Source: a virus. Taken from it: 64,000 bases of DNA. The translations under genes and the position numbers were made by a program. The stretch lies in the IMG/VR virus record IMGVR_UViG_3300025137_000017, positions 1 through 64,000 of that record; one strand, written 5' to 3'. A model generated the notes under the pieces. It searched no databases. It was not told where the DNA came from and saw nothing but the letters and a program-made list of their open reading frames with translations. This document shows, piece by piece, positions 20,301-29,629 of the stretch (the stretch's first letter is position 1; each line of letters begins with the position of its first letter).

Positions 20301-23300
20301 GTTGCTCTAGATCATCCTTATAGAAGTTTCTATCTAAATTATTCTTTTGTGCTTCGTTAATACCATTTGTTCTTTCAGCAATTTCAACTGTTTCAATTGC
20401 TACCTCTGTATACACATTGGCGACTGATGAACCGTTAATAATATCTATAATTGGTTTAGCGTTATAGTCAATGCCTCTGTTTGTAAGAGCTACTCCCACA
20501 ATTGTTCCGCCTTGAATATCCAGCGTAGCTGTTGCTGATTTTCTACTAATCAGATCCAACATATCAATTGTAGCCGCCGAAACATAACCAGTTGTTGAAC
20601 TAACAACTTTAATACTCTTTATCTTTTTACCATATATCTTTCCACTATATATTACATCCTTAGGACTAATAAGTTTATTTCCTACATGGTATACTTCCTT
20701 TGAAGTACTATTATCAACAGTATGCTTAATTGCACCCGGTTGGAAGAAGTCATTAAATGCTTCGTTTGGATTTAGTTTGATAGCAGTATCAACAAGTGTA
20801 CTATGTCCTAAACTACTTGATCTCCATATAAATTCTACAGGACCCCAATCACCAAATACAAATGGTGCCGCCGCATTTACGTTAGTGGGTGTTCCCAAAA
20901 CTGTCGAACGAGCTATTAGGTTACCACTTGAATCTACCGGACACTTTGTAGAAAAGTTCCAATAAACGTTTGCATAATTAATATCATTCTTTACATTTGG
21001 ATTTTCTGCAGGACTATTTACATGTCCTGTATTCAACGCTTTAATTAATGCTGTACGCTTAGATGCATCTGTCCAACTATAATATGTATCCCACCAACTT
21101 GGTTTCATACTATGACCTAGCATATGCCAAGGAGTTAAGTGTGGAGTATGTGTTCCGAATATAACTGTATATGCACCCTTCCAATGTCCAGGTAATTTGT
21201 TACCAATGAAATTATTTCCTATGTGTAGAACCCTTGTATTATAGTTCCAAGTTGTATCATCAGCACTATCATAATAGCCAGTAGGAGTTAAACTAGCAAC
21301 TCCTGTCTTTGCTTTCCAATCTGCAAAATGTTGTTCTGCATATAGATCCATATCAGCAAGTTTATACCAATGACCGTTAGATAAGGAAGGCATATACTTA
21401 ACAGCACTCACTGTATTTTCATGTTCTACTATACCTGCGTATGCTCTTTTTTCTAATTCATAATAGGCCGCATTTACTAAATCATATTTGCTATCAAGAG
21501 GATAATCAAAAGTGGCGCCGGTTTGAAATACATACTCACATCCATCATGTCCAATAATAGTTGTGCCACTTATTTGTGGTTGTGTTACATTACTTAATCC
21601 TAACTTGGCTATACTTGCCGGAACATGACTATCATAATCCATATCATGCCATACAACATCTAGTGTTGGTGTTCCACTACCTGTAACTGGAGTTATCAAT
21701 AGTGTAAGTGTATTACCTGTAAAAGTATAATCAATATCCTTAGTTAATAGTCTTTGAACATATACGTTTGTTCCACCTGTTAGTGTTTGTTGATCTGTTA
21801 GGTAAACATATACATGATCTCTTTGTGTGAGGTCACTGTTTGCTGTATATTTTGTCGTATAAACTGTTTGACTAACCACACATTCTATAATCTCTACCTT
21901 ATCATCATATGCATAAACCATGTTACTAAACTGATGTAACTTGCTACCTTTTTTGGTTGAACTAATGGCATTGATTGCATCATTGACTAGTTCTCTGGTT
22001 GTTGTATAACTGTTTGTACTATATAGACGTTTAACTTGACTTTCAAATCTACGCTTGAATGCCCACCAATCTCTACCTTGAGCCGCTAAACTTTCTTTAA
22101 TATTAATTCTGTTATCTGCATAATTTAAATCATGCATAATACTAGGCTCATTGTGTATGAATATTTCACCACCGAGTCCTGTTACTTTAGTTTTCTTATA
22201 TGAATTATTATTACCGTATGAAAGTCCAGTAAAGTCAATCGTTGAACGTATCTTACTTTCCCAATGTCCAAGTGTTTCAGTAATTGTTAAAGTTTCCAAC
22301 ATCTTATTTGTAGCATTATGACTATGTGTTTCAACATTTAGTGTATCGTGACTCAATAGTTCTAAACTGTTGTTATAGTATTCTACATCAATTATTGAAG
22401 TATCTGTTAGTAAACTAGCAGGTACTGTTATCTCTGTTGAACCAATTGTATATGAAGCTGGTGCTGTCCATTTTCCATCAATATATAAATTATGGAAATG
22501 CGTATCCAAGTCTGCTACTACAATAATTCTAGCAAGTTTATGTCCTGCACCTGTTGAGTATCCGTAATAGTATACTCCATTTGTACTAGGAGTAAATGTT
22601 AGTGTTTCATCAAAACTGTCGCTATTTTTATCTGAGTATACGACACCAGATGATATAACTGTTGTTTTATCTTCAGCATAGATCTTTAAATTGTTAGTGG
22701 ATGCTGATCCAATTAGATCATGGAATATAGTTGCATCACCATTTACTAGAACAATATCAGGGTGTACTTTACGTCTTTCAGTTGTTAGTCCGTCACTAAA
22801 CTTTTGTGCTACACTGAACCCATTTAGTTCTGCTCCGGTTCCGTAAACCCAATACGCTGTAGTCTTACGCCAGTTACTATGTCCTACTGGTACTGTTGCG
22901 TTTGCTGTTCCATCAGTTACTGATACTTGTGATTCGCTTTTCGCACCCAAATTCATTATACTAGGAACATATAGGTGTCGTCTATCAGTACCACTACCGT
23001 ACGCAAATAAACCTTCTGCGTTTCTATCTCCGCCAATCAATCCACCTGTACTTGTGCTTACATTGTATGAACTTGTTAATGTATGTAGGAATGCCTCAAA
23101 TACATAGTCTGCCTTAGAACCAGTATCTTTATAAGTTAAAGCAAAACCTAATTCTGTATCTGCTGTTCCTGTACCTACTTTATATCCAAATAGTTTGTTA
23201 CCTGCAAAAGAATTGCCAGGATATTTTGTTTCATCTTTTAGTTCAACACCTGTATCGTCCCATACTAAAAATAATGGAGCCTGATTTTCTGTTGTTTTCT

Positions 23301-25329
23301 CTTGTCCGATTGTTATTGTTGTTCCGTTGAAGAACAAATCTTTAAGTGCATATTTGAATTGGTTTGATGTAATATAGTCTGGACTACTTAGGGCAAGTAA
23401 ACTATCACCAGTTGTCATAGTAGTATGAACATCAAATATTCTAGTTACAACGCCTGTACCTGTTGGTGTTGATGTTGCGAGGAAAACCGTACCTACTGTA
23501 CTATCCGACGCACCTGCTGTTGTAAAATCTGTTGTACCTGCTGTTGTAATTTCATATACAAATCCTGAAGCTATACTTGTGGCCGCTATATTTGGTGTGT
23601 TAACAATTTTATAGATGTTTTGATCATTCAATAATACAAACTTTGAACCAACCTGCATAGTAATTGCTTTAGTCTTTGCACTAAGGACAGCCGATACTGG
23701 TCCTTGCCATTTACTTGTAACATTTTTAATATTCTTAAACAAGTGTAAGTCTTGTTTAAATTCTATAATTGGTCTCCTAGCTTGAAGTGTATCAGTAGTA
23801 TGTGTTGATGCTTTGTAACCTAGTATTATACCTTCCAGACTTTGTAGTGTATCTTTGTGTACCCAATAGTTTCCTCTGGACCAAATTGTTCCAGTATTAT
23901 CTCTAGTTGATATAAGTAGATAATCTTTTACAGAAGTTGTTAGATAATCTCTATCCCAACTTTCACCGTCCCACATATCATTAACAAAATCTTTTTGGGC
24001 CTGTGTTAAACTAGATGGTAAAAGCTGAAATACACTGAAATCTCCACTTGCTTCATCTTTGTATCTAGCACTAACCAAAACAGTAGTGGAAATTATTCCA
24101 GCTGATGAAACTGATGCTTGGTATATTTTAAATTGATCTAAGTAGCCACCTTTGTAATGTGTTACTGTTCCAGTTCCGGAGCCACCATTTTGTGTAGCTC
24201 TAAAAAATACTCCTGGAGTATTTGCAGTTGCACCCAAGGTTGTAAAGTTTGTTGTGCCTACTGTTGTAATTTTATATACTTCACCACTAGAAATTTGTGT
24301 TTCTGTTTGTGCTACTGGTTGCATATCTGGCCAGTCACTGTCCAGTTTAAATATCATTTCATTAGATATATATGATTTCTTTTCTTGTCCACCATCATAA
24401 TAGTATAGAAGTGGTGGAGCAGTATTTGCCTGTACCTGTATATTATATGCACTAATAAGTGAGTGTATACTACTATAACCTCTAGGGTCTGTTCCTTGGA
24501 AAGTTAATGAACTAGCCCAAGTTGTAATTTTATCGTTATCCCAATACTGTCCAACAATGTCTTTGAATGTTGAATCGTCTGTCCATATTCTTTCATATCT
24601 AGAATTTGTACTGTGATATTCTGTATGTAATTGTAATTTAATTTCATCACCAACACCAGTAACTAAGTATGTGTTTAGATTTATAGCACCATAGCCACTC
24701 ATCAACTTAATTAACATTCCGTTTTCTAAATCAAATGTCTTAGCATCATCTATAAATGTATGTGCAATTTTGCCGTTGACATCTGTTACTAAGTCAGTGG
24801 TATATGTGCCTGTACCATTAGCGTTAACACTCTCATATATTGGCATATCACTTACCCAATAGTATGAATTATAGTTTACAAATTTATCATCATCAATTGG
24901 TGGTGCAAAGCTGTATGTCTGGGCATTGTAGGCACTATTATAACTGTAGTTGTCAAAGTCTATACCAACGCTATTTGCAATATCGTCTGGTGTTAGCATA
25001 CTATTGATTGTTGAATCTTCTAGTGATGTTACAATGCTTGGATCCAGTTGTCTGTTTCTGCGTACTGTTGCGTTACTTGATTCTTTAAGATATACTTCAC
25101 CTTGTTTAGCAATGCCACCCTGAGTGCTACCAACGTATGCATCAATATCTTCTAGGCTACCCTTGGAGATCATTTGATCCAGAGTTGCATCCATCCATTT
25201 TTGATTTAATGGTGTGTTAAAAACTAACGGTAAGTAGTCAGTTGATTTGATCTTATTTGTTTTATAAGTTCCAGATCGCTTTTTATTTTCAGCAATTGTC
25301 TGTTTCTTGGATTCGTAGTTCTCGGACAT
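14362..25329 (-). CDS. giant (3655 aa) baseplate wedge-like structural protein
   Basis: uninterrupted ORF directly downstream of the gp6-like gene; KFVNYNSYYW, VKPFHSKIR, EIIHY..RG..T.AKKH segments; CBM-like inserts. Confidence 0.75.
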   Translation of the reverse strand: MSENYESKKQTIAENKKRSGTYKTNKIKSTDYLPLVFNTPLNQKWMDATLDQMISKGSLEDIDAYVGSTQGGIAKQGEVYLKESSNATVRRNRQLDPSIVTSLEDSTINSMLTPDDIANSVGIDFDNYSYNSAYNAQTYSFAPPIDDDKFVNYNSYYWVSDMPIYESVNANGTGTYTTDLVTDVNGKIAHTFIDDAKTFDLENGMLIKLMSGYGAINLNTYLVTGVGDEIKLQLHTEYHSTNSRYERIWTDDSTFKDIVGQYWDNDKITTWASSLTFQGTDPRGYSSIHSLISAYNIQVQANTAPPLLYYYDGGQEKKSYISNEMIFKLDSDWPDMQPVAQTETQISSGEVYKITTVGTTNFTTLGATANTPGVFFRATQNGGSGTGTVTHYKGGYLDQFKIYQASVSSAGIISTTVLVSARYKDEASGDFSVFQLLPSSLTQAQKDFVNDMWDGESWDRDYLTTSVKDYLLISTRDNTGTIWSRGNYWVHKDTLQSLEGIILGYKASTHTTDTLQARRPIIEFKQDLHLFKNIKNVTSKWQGPVSAVLSAKTKAITMQVGSKFVLLNDQNIYKIVNTPNIAATSIASGFVYEITTAGTTDFTTAGASDSTVGTVFLATSTPTGTGVVTRIFDVHTTMTTGDSLLALSSPDYITSNQFKYALKDLFFNGTTITIGQEKTTENQAPLFLVWDDTGVELKDETKYPGNSFAGNKLFGYKVGTGTADTELGFALTYKDTGSKADYVFEAFLHTLTSSYNVSTSTGGLIGGDRNAEGLFAYGSGTDRRHLYVPSIMNLGAKSESQVSVTDGTANATVPVGHSNWRKTTAYWVYGTGAELNGFSVAQKFSDGLTTERRKVHPDIVLVNGDATIFHDLIGSASTNNLKIYAEDKTTVISSGVVYSDKNSDSFDETLTFTPSTNGVYYYGYSTGAGHKLARIIVVADLDTHFHNLYIDGKWTAPASYTIGSTEITVPASLLTDTSIIDVEYYNNSLELLSHDTLNVETHSHNATNKMLETLTITETLGHWESKIRSTIDFTGLSYGNNNSYKKTKVTGLGGEIFIHNEPSIMHDLNYADNRINIKESLAAQGRDWWAFKRRFESQVKRLYSTNSYTTTRELVNDAINAISSTKKGSKLHQFSNMVYAYDDKVEIIECVVSQTVYTTKYTANSDLTQRDHVYVYLTDQQTLTGGTNVYVQRLLTKDIDYTFTGNTLTLLITPVTGSGTPTLDVVWHDMDYDSHVPASIAKLGLSNVTQPQISGTTIIGHDGCEYVFQTGATFDYPLDSKYDLVNAAYYELEKRAYAGIVEHENTVSAVKYMPSLSNGHWYKLADMDLYAEQHFADWKAKTGVASLTPTGYYDSADDTTWNYNTRVLHIGNNFIGNKLPGHWKGAYTVIFGTHTPHLTPWHMLGHSMKPSWWDTYYSWTDASKRTALIKALNTGHVNSPAENPNVKNDINYANVYWNFSTKCPVDSSGNLIARSTVLGTPTNVNAAAPFVFGDWGPVEFIWRSSSLGHSTLVDTAIKLNPNEAFNDFFQPGAIKHTVDNSTSKEVYHVGNKLISPKDVIYSGKIYGKKIKSIKVVSSTTGYVSAATIDMLDLISRKSATATLDIQGGTIVGVALTNRGIDYNAKPIIDIINGSSVANVYTEVAIETVEIAERTNGINEAQKNNLDRNFYKDDLEQQYYSLDTQLVQKIAGFTNKNLLTFKTESGPSGEYRINENDFSLKMYSGVPTDIITASDVKITKSGINYIITGLSSNKQRFKILECIKDTNYTDVEVTTSSTVKKYKNFSTISSVVEFGSTLAKIQDIYDFIRGNRQYLESKGITFEEDKDAEALNLANWAVTAEDGDVHTVFLGSVVTYKANHGYILEFDKLPNKTNGLLSTSGKAIDKSETFVDRTTDSVTVKVNEDTFMEIGSVSFAEVDFEHVAVFKNITQFNDVLYNAVNNQRHYRLSIEGQRTKDWDGNKRAPGYLVFAEKVVENWDTSVQSIDDFYNYDIENVNQGVTKAESLTIGNYGRDWITDTNLPNSVFGEFYKGMIRDKGTTRVTKSFARSNLINGGDSKVALNEEWMFRMSHFGDTQNVNATEIALDVGTIKQKKHLVKFGSVADTDWVNNKKTSDVFEEISFQAHLEQENRFRTAGEVIVSEVKKAVFDVTNIGTVWDSTADYATIPTWNGQTSYKRRDVVRKDGVYYRLATASIGYDTTPTDLTFIGTEINPTFEYASQALSNPASAIIDGTSIWFDETTRVFSNLIATGTAGQTVASPSDITIDTLSIPLSYQPLTNQVDSSAAESGNPHITTGTLTNPVITDNTGKNLLINGATINMYNGSTIPISTTANLTRAQIVSLINASDASGRLVATDTGTAIKIVYDVQNNAAGQLVIGAGTANTDLGLSVATYSPALIQSAVDSPMNPTIQAGLINANGSLPANIVASVSGTDQLIITKTPTSSTSVGSGDSLTITGTAGPLNGFSSTYGPMTFTDTARPSSVAEAAASILAANIAGVTATTTGNRLTITSTNDNINLGLKTNPMNVTAGFPQDGIQYATATIIANVFDASDWNVETFDPTRFRIQVVDDSAIINNDSLTGTVKSKHEGWNVLQPHSFGWYTLGKAVDADGNDILDASGNITYTSSCSICAGTATSDGNDAEVSISDSTNLPIAHGLEIGDYVMLVNTNTKPAIDGIHRVTALGDLNNPSKFYIDRFIEECGSAQEVYVLRNCRFEHKEALDSTVGSGANVNKYKWQSGDIAWTNYLTQADANVPTNRGTYRWDYDGTTWTLNTTRTVTTRPTNAKLDHIVLYDNDTKTTQVELEIYDPVVGIIPGVADREIDSKSPLDHAVYTHSTALGEFDEADDKNAWGEGRIGTTWWNTNSLVYYDYSQGSAEYRKDNWGNLFPGTIIKVYEWTKSTVAPDEWENAVSTGLDMFGQPATGKAFSEFSSELNEEVYYYSQLEEYNTNTGLYDPAYYFWVYDKTTVPSRSNRRMNVQSLASIISDPTANGISWAAAIDDENLIISNIDAYVGTDTVLQVNRKLDNGAHSNWTLLQEGNGVIPEYWYLGVRDNIVGRQLSTGIELPNLSLHEVNRYGDDRSIAQSWYTDTLDARREAVSAANRLMKRMNLIGDLGGKWDRSIGLTNKVIDIEVSEKATADWTASKSYVVGNRVAYRREIYICKVAHTSSANFITDEPTNWKRAATVYDLTTMWEWTDYVSADKNLNAIPSVIINRPSLLSGIDTTKHQLVQIKIVKDGLDRDEIQSWNGTEWVMVEKKNATIKFNNTIYNPANIDAWDKNAWDSIAYDGNTDIFAYYFVKALRKDIFIDKYSDNFNLFFFAMIYQALADQQSVDWVYKTTYLELSLSTPLSTTLRRYRKNGVNELIGYINTVKPFHSKIRNVFDAHTILDKADTSITEQTRNMMITSRLNDHNVQENIVANYAKNENKAQYAGTVVNGGDFTTTPSDAYVGKAFTSSAVVDTIGSDVFLNADDHDGRTTFRLQTMEDLAISVITNTSGSTVNAGSRTLLYQQNNDLTLAAYSLEDTNATTVTSEVTIILTTIPVTDGTKFGKTGFAYINGEIIHYGDVNGNNLQNITRGVGLTRAKKHATASKIIDITDSALTIDSGITTGGANPSTGRYQTEVLINELGKSLLDSTATNMIPTQIQASTKGIEL

Positions 25330-25337
25330 TTTAAACC

Positions 25338-28300
25338 TTAAGCTGCTCTAATATTACTCTGTGTGATATTATCTATAATATCAATGTCTGTTGCTGATAC
25401 ATCAGGAATTAATAATTCTCCTCCTAATGGTGTAATCTGGAAAAGGTCTCCAAATACACTAGTAGACAGTTGTGGCACAATAACAAAACTGCTGATAATA
25501 CCTGCTAGTTCTTTATGTACATATGCCGCCAGCTCAGTGAAGTAAAATGTTTCACCAAAGTCCCAATTGTCTATGTTAAAGAACTTACCAATCTCTTCTA
25601 CTACTTTATCTTTTATTTCATTATCAGTAAATCTTGTGCCTGGCACTTTGATAATTCTAAACTTTGCTTGTAGTGATGCATCTGCTTTGGCACCAAACAA
25701 TACTTTGTAATTTACTGGTCTGTAAATAATACTATCACTCATTGCCTTTTTACCTGTTTGCTGTGAGAAACTCTGCTTCAACTCATCAATTGTAGGTGGT
25801 ACAGGTTTTACTAGATCCTCTCTAGTGTCCTTTAACCAATTTCTATATGCTGTGTCGTAGTAACGTGTTAACACAAAAACATCTATTAGGTTTGTAAAAC
25901 TTGGATCAACAACTTCATTGTCTGCAGGAACATGTGTCCACTCAAAACGCAAATTGTCTTGTGCGTTTCCGTAAGCAGTACCAGTTCCTAGACCGGCACC
26001 TGTTGCTGTAAATGTTACACCAACTGTATTTGCACTAGCACCAAGGCCAGTAAAATCTGTTGTACCTACTGTACTAATTGTGTATGATCTGCCAACCACA
26101 AATGCACCAGCAGTTTCTACAGTAATACTATTAAAACTATCCGGATCATCTGGTCTATCATCATTGTTGTTATCTACTAGACTTAGAATAATTTTGTTCT
26201 GATTATATATTCCACTCTGGTCTCCCTGTGTATCAAACTCATATCCATATATGAAGAAGTCACTACTTGGAAATCCAGTTCTAGTTAAGTCCTGTAATTT
26301 AACTCTATCTCTTTGTTTCTTGTTACTTTGTTCATTTAGTTGAAACTCGTTAGTAATATTACTAAAATCTATCTGTGTACTTTCTAGAGTATAACGTAAC
26401 ACTCTAGTTGTGATATCCCATTTACTTGTTGCACTAGTTGAATCATATGCAATATGTATTGTCCAGTTATTATCTTCACTACTAGCATCAACCGGATTGT
26501 AAGCAAAGGGAGTAGGGAAAGCCGTACTCACTGCACTTGGCAATGGATCTCTGTCTATAATATCCCAACCTAAGTTTAAGAAATCATACTTTAGTGCAAA
26601 AGTTGTTCTATTACCTAGAAACTCAATAACGTTAGCTCTTTCAGTTGGATCAAACTGTCTTGTGTACGCTGGAATAATATACATCATCTTGTAGCCGTTT
26701 GGAATTGTTGCATCAAGACTAATTGCACCAAAGTTTCTGTTTGCTGTTAGTCCTGTTGGGTTACCATCAGCACCATCAATACCTAATCCACTTGCAAAAA
26801 TCTTACTTACTTTTGCCCACTTAACTGTTCCGCCTGTTTCAAGTAATCCGGTCCCGGCATCTAATGCACTACCAAATTTAACAAGAGCACCTACTCTTAG
26901 ATATTTTAGATAGTTGTTTTGTGTTTTACCAGTACGTTTGATTACGCTATCACTATCAGTAAAATATCCTGTGTTGGTAGTACCTGTTTGTTGCCAAGTA
27001 AACGGAAATTTTGAGTCTCCATTTCTATAAACTGTGTCTTCAATAGTATCAAATGTTCCTCTATACTCGCTGAAGTATAGATTAATTAGTTCATCATCTT
27101 GAATAATCTGTTTAAGTAGTTGATCAAAAACTGTACTAGGTGTCATATCTGTTGCATACTTAACTTTAGTCTGCGTAGTCTTTGTTACTTTACCGTCAGT
27201 TGCAAATAAATTTAGATTAGTATACGCACCAGTTGGATCATTAAGCGTTACAAAACGACTATGCCCACTATGGGTTCTATTAATACTTTTAATTTTTCTA
27301 ATGTTATCGCTCTGTGTATACAAATAACTATTGTAATCATCTGCCGTGATCATGCGGTCCTGCGTTGCATAAATGCGTGGCGCATTTGTTTTTATATCGT
27401 CCAAACTTTCACTGCTACTAGCGTTGGTTACACTTTCTCTTAGTTGTACTGCAAGTACTGCCGTATAGGCATTACCGTCTGCACCTGTATAGTCTATACT
27501 AATACGTTTTGTTCCAATATCATCAGGTCTTAATACATATGTTAGGTTCTCACTTTTACGATACCATATACGAATAATTCCTTTTGGTGGATTACCAAAA
27601 CTTTTATCAGCAAAACATACGCTGATTTTATTATCTTCTCTTGTCTTAACGCTGTAAATATCTCTAATGCCTTGCTCAATAAAATTATAGTTTGAACTTT
27701 GTCCGTAGATATTATCTACACTAGTCCATTTTTTATTAACTGTTCCATCTGCATTTACTGTCTGTACCCAAACGTCCGTTGAGTTGATGTTAGTCTCATC
27801 TATGTCCAGCGTCATTCCACTTAGTGATTCAGTAATGTTAAAGTCCTTAAATGTTAACTGTCCTTGTTTGAATCCTACAAAAAATCCTGTGTGGTTACTA
27901 CTGATACTTTGTCCATCATTTTTATATTGGATACTAAATGATCCACTTGGATCAGGTGTATTTTCAATCATTTTCTTTTGTACAATATCGTAATCCAAAC
28001 CAACAGCATTAAAAGATACGCTTGAACCTTGTGCAAGTCCAGTAAATGTAAACACAATCTGGTCTGATACATTATTTGTGTTATAGTATTGTGTAGATAC
28101 ATTATTTTCTGTTACTTGTCTACGAGGACTACCGAATTGATTACTCTGTACAAATAGGGCGTTCATTACTGTTGTAAAGTTATCTAGATTATCTGCTGTA
28201 GTTGTATTCTCAAAACGAATCTCATCTCCACCAAGCGTTGTGCCACTTGCACCAATAACATTCTCGTTTGTTTTTATACTTGTAACTTTTAACAACCCAA

Positions 28301-28643
28301 AAGGTGTAACGTTTCGTCTAGGTTTATATCCCAAAAACTCTGACAGTTTGAATACGCTGTCCTGCCTTTCAGCTGTGCTTAAAAAGTTATTTCTGCTGTT
28401 TAGATCTACTCTAAATGCTAAGTTATGCCCGAACTGTGCTACAACGTCGAGGAGTGCGACAAATTCTGCACTTTCTACCCAATCACTATAGCTTTCCGGA
28501 TAATTATTACTAATGTACTCAATCATTGAAGTACGGATAGTATCAAAATCATATGCTTGGAAGTTTGCGTTCACATAAGATTCATAAACTGCTTTATAAT
28601 CCTCTGCCGCAAATAACCTGCTCTGTCTTACCTGTTGTGCCAT
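25338..28643 (-). CDS. baseplate wedge subunit (T4 gp6-like)
   Basis: YDFDTIR, FLSTAER.DSV..L...LGYKP and ESLDDIKTNAP..YATQDRMITADDY are gp6/BplJ hallmarks. Confidence 0.9.
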   Translation of the reverse strand: MAQQVRQSRLFAAEDYKAVYESYVNANFQAYDFDTIRTSMIEYISNNYPESYSDWVESAEFVALLDVVAQFGHNLAFRVDLNSRNNFLSTAERQDSVFKLSEFLGYKPRRNVTPFGLLKVTSIKTNENVIGASGTTLGGDEIRFENTTTADNLDNFTTVMNALFVQSNQFGSPRRQVTENNVSTQYYNTNNVSDQIVFTFTGLAQGSSVSFNAVGLDYDIVQKKMIENTPDPSGSFSIQYKNDGQSISSNHTGFFVGFKQGQLTFKDFNITESLSGMTLDIDETNINSTDVWVQTVNADGTVNKKWTSVDNIYGQSSNYNFIEQGIRDIYSVKTREDNKISVCFADKSFGNPPKGIIRIWYRKSENLTYVLRPDDIGTKRISIDYTGADGNAYTAVLAVQLRESVTNASSSESLDDIKTNAPRIYATQDRMITADDYNSYLYTQSDNIRKIKSINRTHSGHSRFVTLNDPTGAYTNLNLFATDGKVTKTTQTKVKYATDMTPSTVFDQLLKQIIQDDELINLYFSEYRGTFDTIEDTVYRNGDSKFPFTWQQTGTTNTGYFTDSDSVIKRTGKTQNNYLKYLRVGALVKFGSALDAGTGLLETGGTVKWAKVSKIFASGLGIDGADGNPTGLTANRNFGAISLDATIPNGYKMMYIIPAYTRQFDPTERANVIEFLGNRTTFALKYDFLNLGWDIIDRDPLPSAVSTAFPTPFAYNPVDASSEDNNWTIHIAYDSTSATSKWDITTRVLRYTLESTQIDFSNITNEFQLNEQSNKKQRDRVKLQDLTRTGFPSSDFFIYGYEFDTQGDQSGIYNQNKIILSLVDNNNDDRPDDPDSFNSITVETAGAFVVGRSYTISTVGTTDFTGLGASANTVGVTFTATGAGLGTGTAYGNAQDNLRFEWTHVPADNEVVDPSFTNLIDVFVLTRYYDTAYRNWLKDTREDLVKPVPPTIDELKQSFSQQTGKKAMSDSIIYRPVNYKVLFGAKADASLQAKFRIIKVPGTRFTDNEIKDKVVEEIGKFFNIDNWDFGETFYFTELAAYVHKELAGIISSFVIVPQLSTSVFGDLFQITPLGGELLIPDVSATDIDIIDNITQSNIRAA

Positions 28644-28645
28644 TA

Positions 28646-29032
28646 TTAAAACTCTGCCTCTGCAAATTCTCTATCGAACTTCAATCGTAATACTGTCTCT
28701 GTCGTAGTAGGCAAATATAACAATTGTATACTTATTGTAATTGAACTGGAGTCTTCATCCACTCTAACATTCCTAGTCATTAGACTAAAACGTGGATCGT
28801 AAGTAACTACATCATTTACGTCTTGTTCAATTAGTTCTATCGTATTCTCATCCAAAGGTTGAAATACATAAAAGGGCAACATGCTGCCAAATGAAGGTTG
28901 ACTCCACTTTTCACCCTTACGGATTTTAAAATGGTTGTCAAGGTCCTGTTTTGCTAGATCCAGCTTAGTCATTTGCTTTGCTGATCTTGTCTGACCTCGT
29001 GTTGTGTATCCTATACCTGTGCTATTGTTCAT
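28646..29032 (-). CDS. baseplate wedge subunit (gp25-like)
   Basis: KQDL.NHF.IRKGEK...PSFGS...FQP and YDPR match gp25/GPW. Confidence 0.9.
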   Translation of the reverse strand: MNNSTGIGYTTRGQTRSAKQMTKLDLAKQDLDNHFKIRKGEKWSQPSFGSMLPFYVFQPLDENTIELIEQDVNDVVTYDPRFSLMTRNVRVDEDSSSITISIQLLYLPTTTETVLRLKFDREFAEAEF

Positions 29033-29037
29033 ACTAA

Positions 29038-29045
29038 TATTTAGC
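29038..29045 (-). promoter_or_regulatory. late promoter (GCTAAATA), 5 nt before the gp25 ATG
   Basis: TAAATA-TTAGT-ATG with no SD sequence. Confidence 0.6.
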
Positions 29046-29063
29046 TGAAAAAAACCGACGTTT

Positions 29064-29624
29064 CTAATTTTGTACAGTTATAACTAAACTTTTATCAACA
29101 GACACCAGTTCTTCAGGCCAAAACAGAAAATCACGCCAGGATTCGTCTGGAATATATAATCTAAACAATTTTGCATTGCGATTTATGTCATGATAGCTAG
29201 GTTGATAAGGAATTGATATAGGTTGTTGTAGCTTGTTGGACTTTTTACTGTTACATGGCCTACATGCACTAGCACAATTTGTCCAGGATGTTCGGCCTCC
29301 GTGGCTTTTTGGGATAACGTGATCTATTGTTAAATCGCCTTGCCGGTGTTTTGTGCCACAGTACTGACAAGTATAGTTATCTCTTATAAACATGTTTCGC
29401 CTGGTGAATTTTGCTCTCGTTGGTAATTTATGGTAACGATTAAGCATTACAATACTTGGCATTGGCATTATAAAGTTCTCACTATGCAGGTGTTGATCCT
29501 CATAGCTCTTTACTATTTTTATCTTATCGGAAAAATATGCTTTGACGGCACTTTGCCAACTAATTGTGCTTAATGGTAATATGCTTAAAGGTTGTGCGTC
29601 TGCATTAAGTAATAATACACTCAT
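29064..29624 (-). CDS. HNH endonuclease
   Basis: RDNYTCQYCG, LTIDHVIPKSHGG and WTNCASACRPCNSKK. Confidence 0.92.
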   Translation of the reverse strand: MSVLLLNADAQPLSILPLSTISWQSAVKAYFSDKIKIVKSYEDQHLHSENFIMPMPSIVMLNRYHKLPTRAKFTRRNMFIRDNYTCQYCGTKHRQGDLTIDHVIPKSHGGRTSWTNCASACRPCNSKKSNKLQQPISIPYQPSYHDINRNAKLFRLYIPDESWRDFLFWPEELVSVDKSLVITVQN

Positions 29625-29629
29625 GTCAA

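Noticed and set aside
15950-28491. Many short plus-strand ORFs opposite the giant baseplate genes
   Set aside because: Fully nested antisense ORFs with no recognisable motifs.
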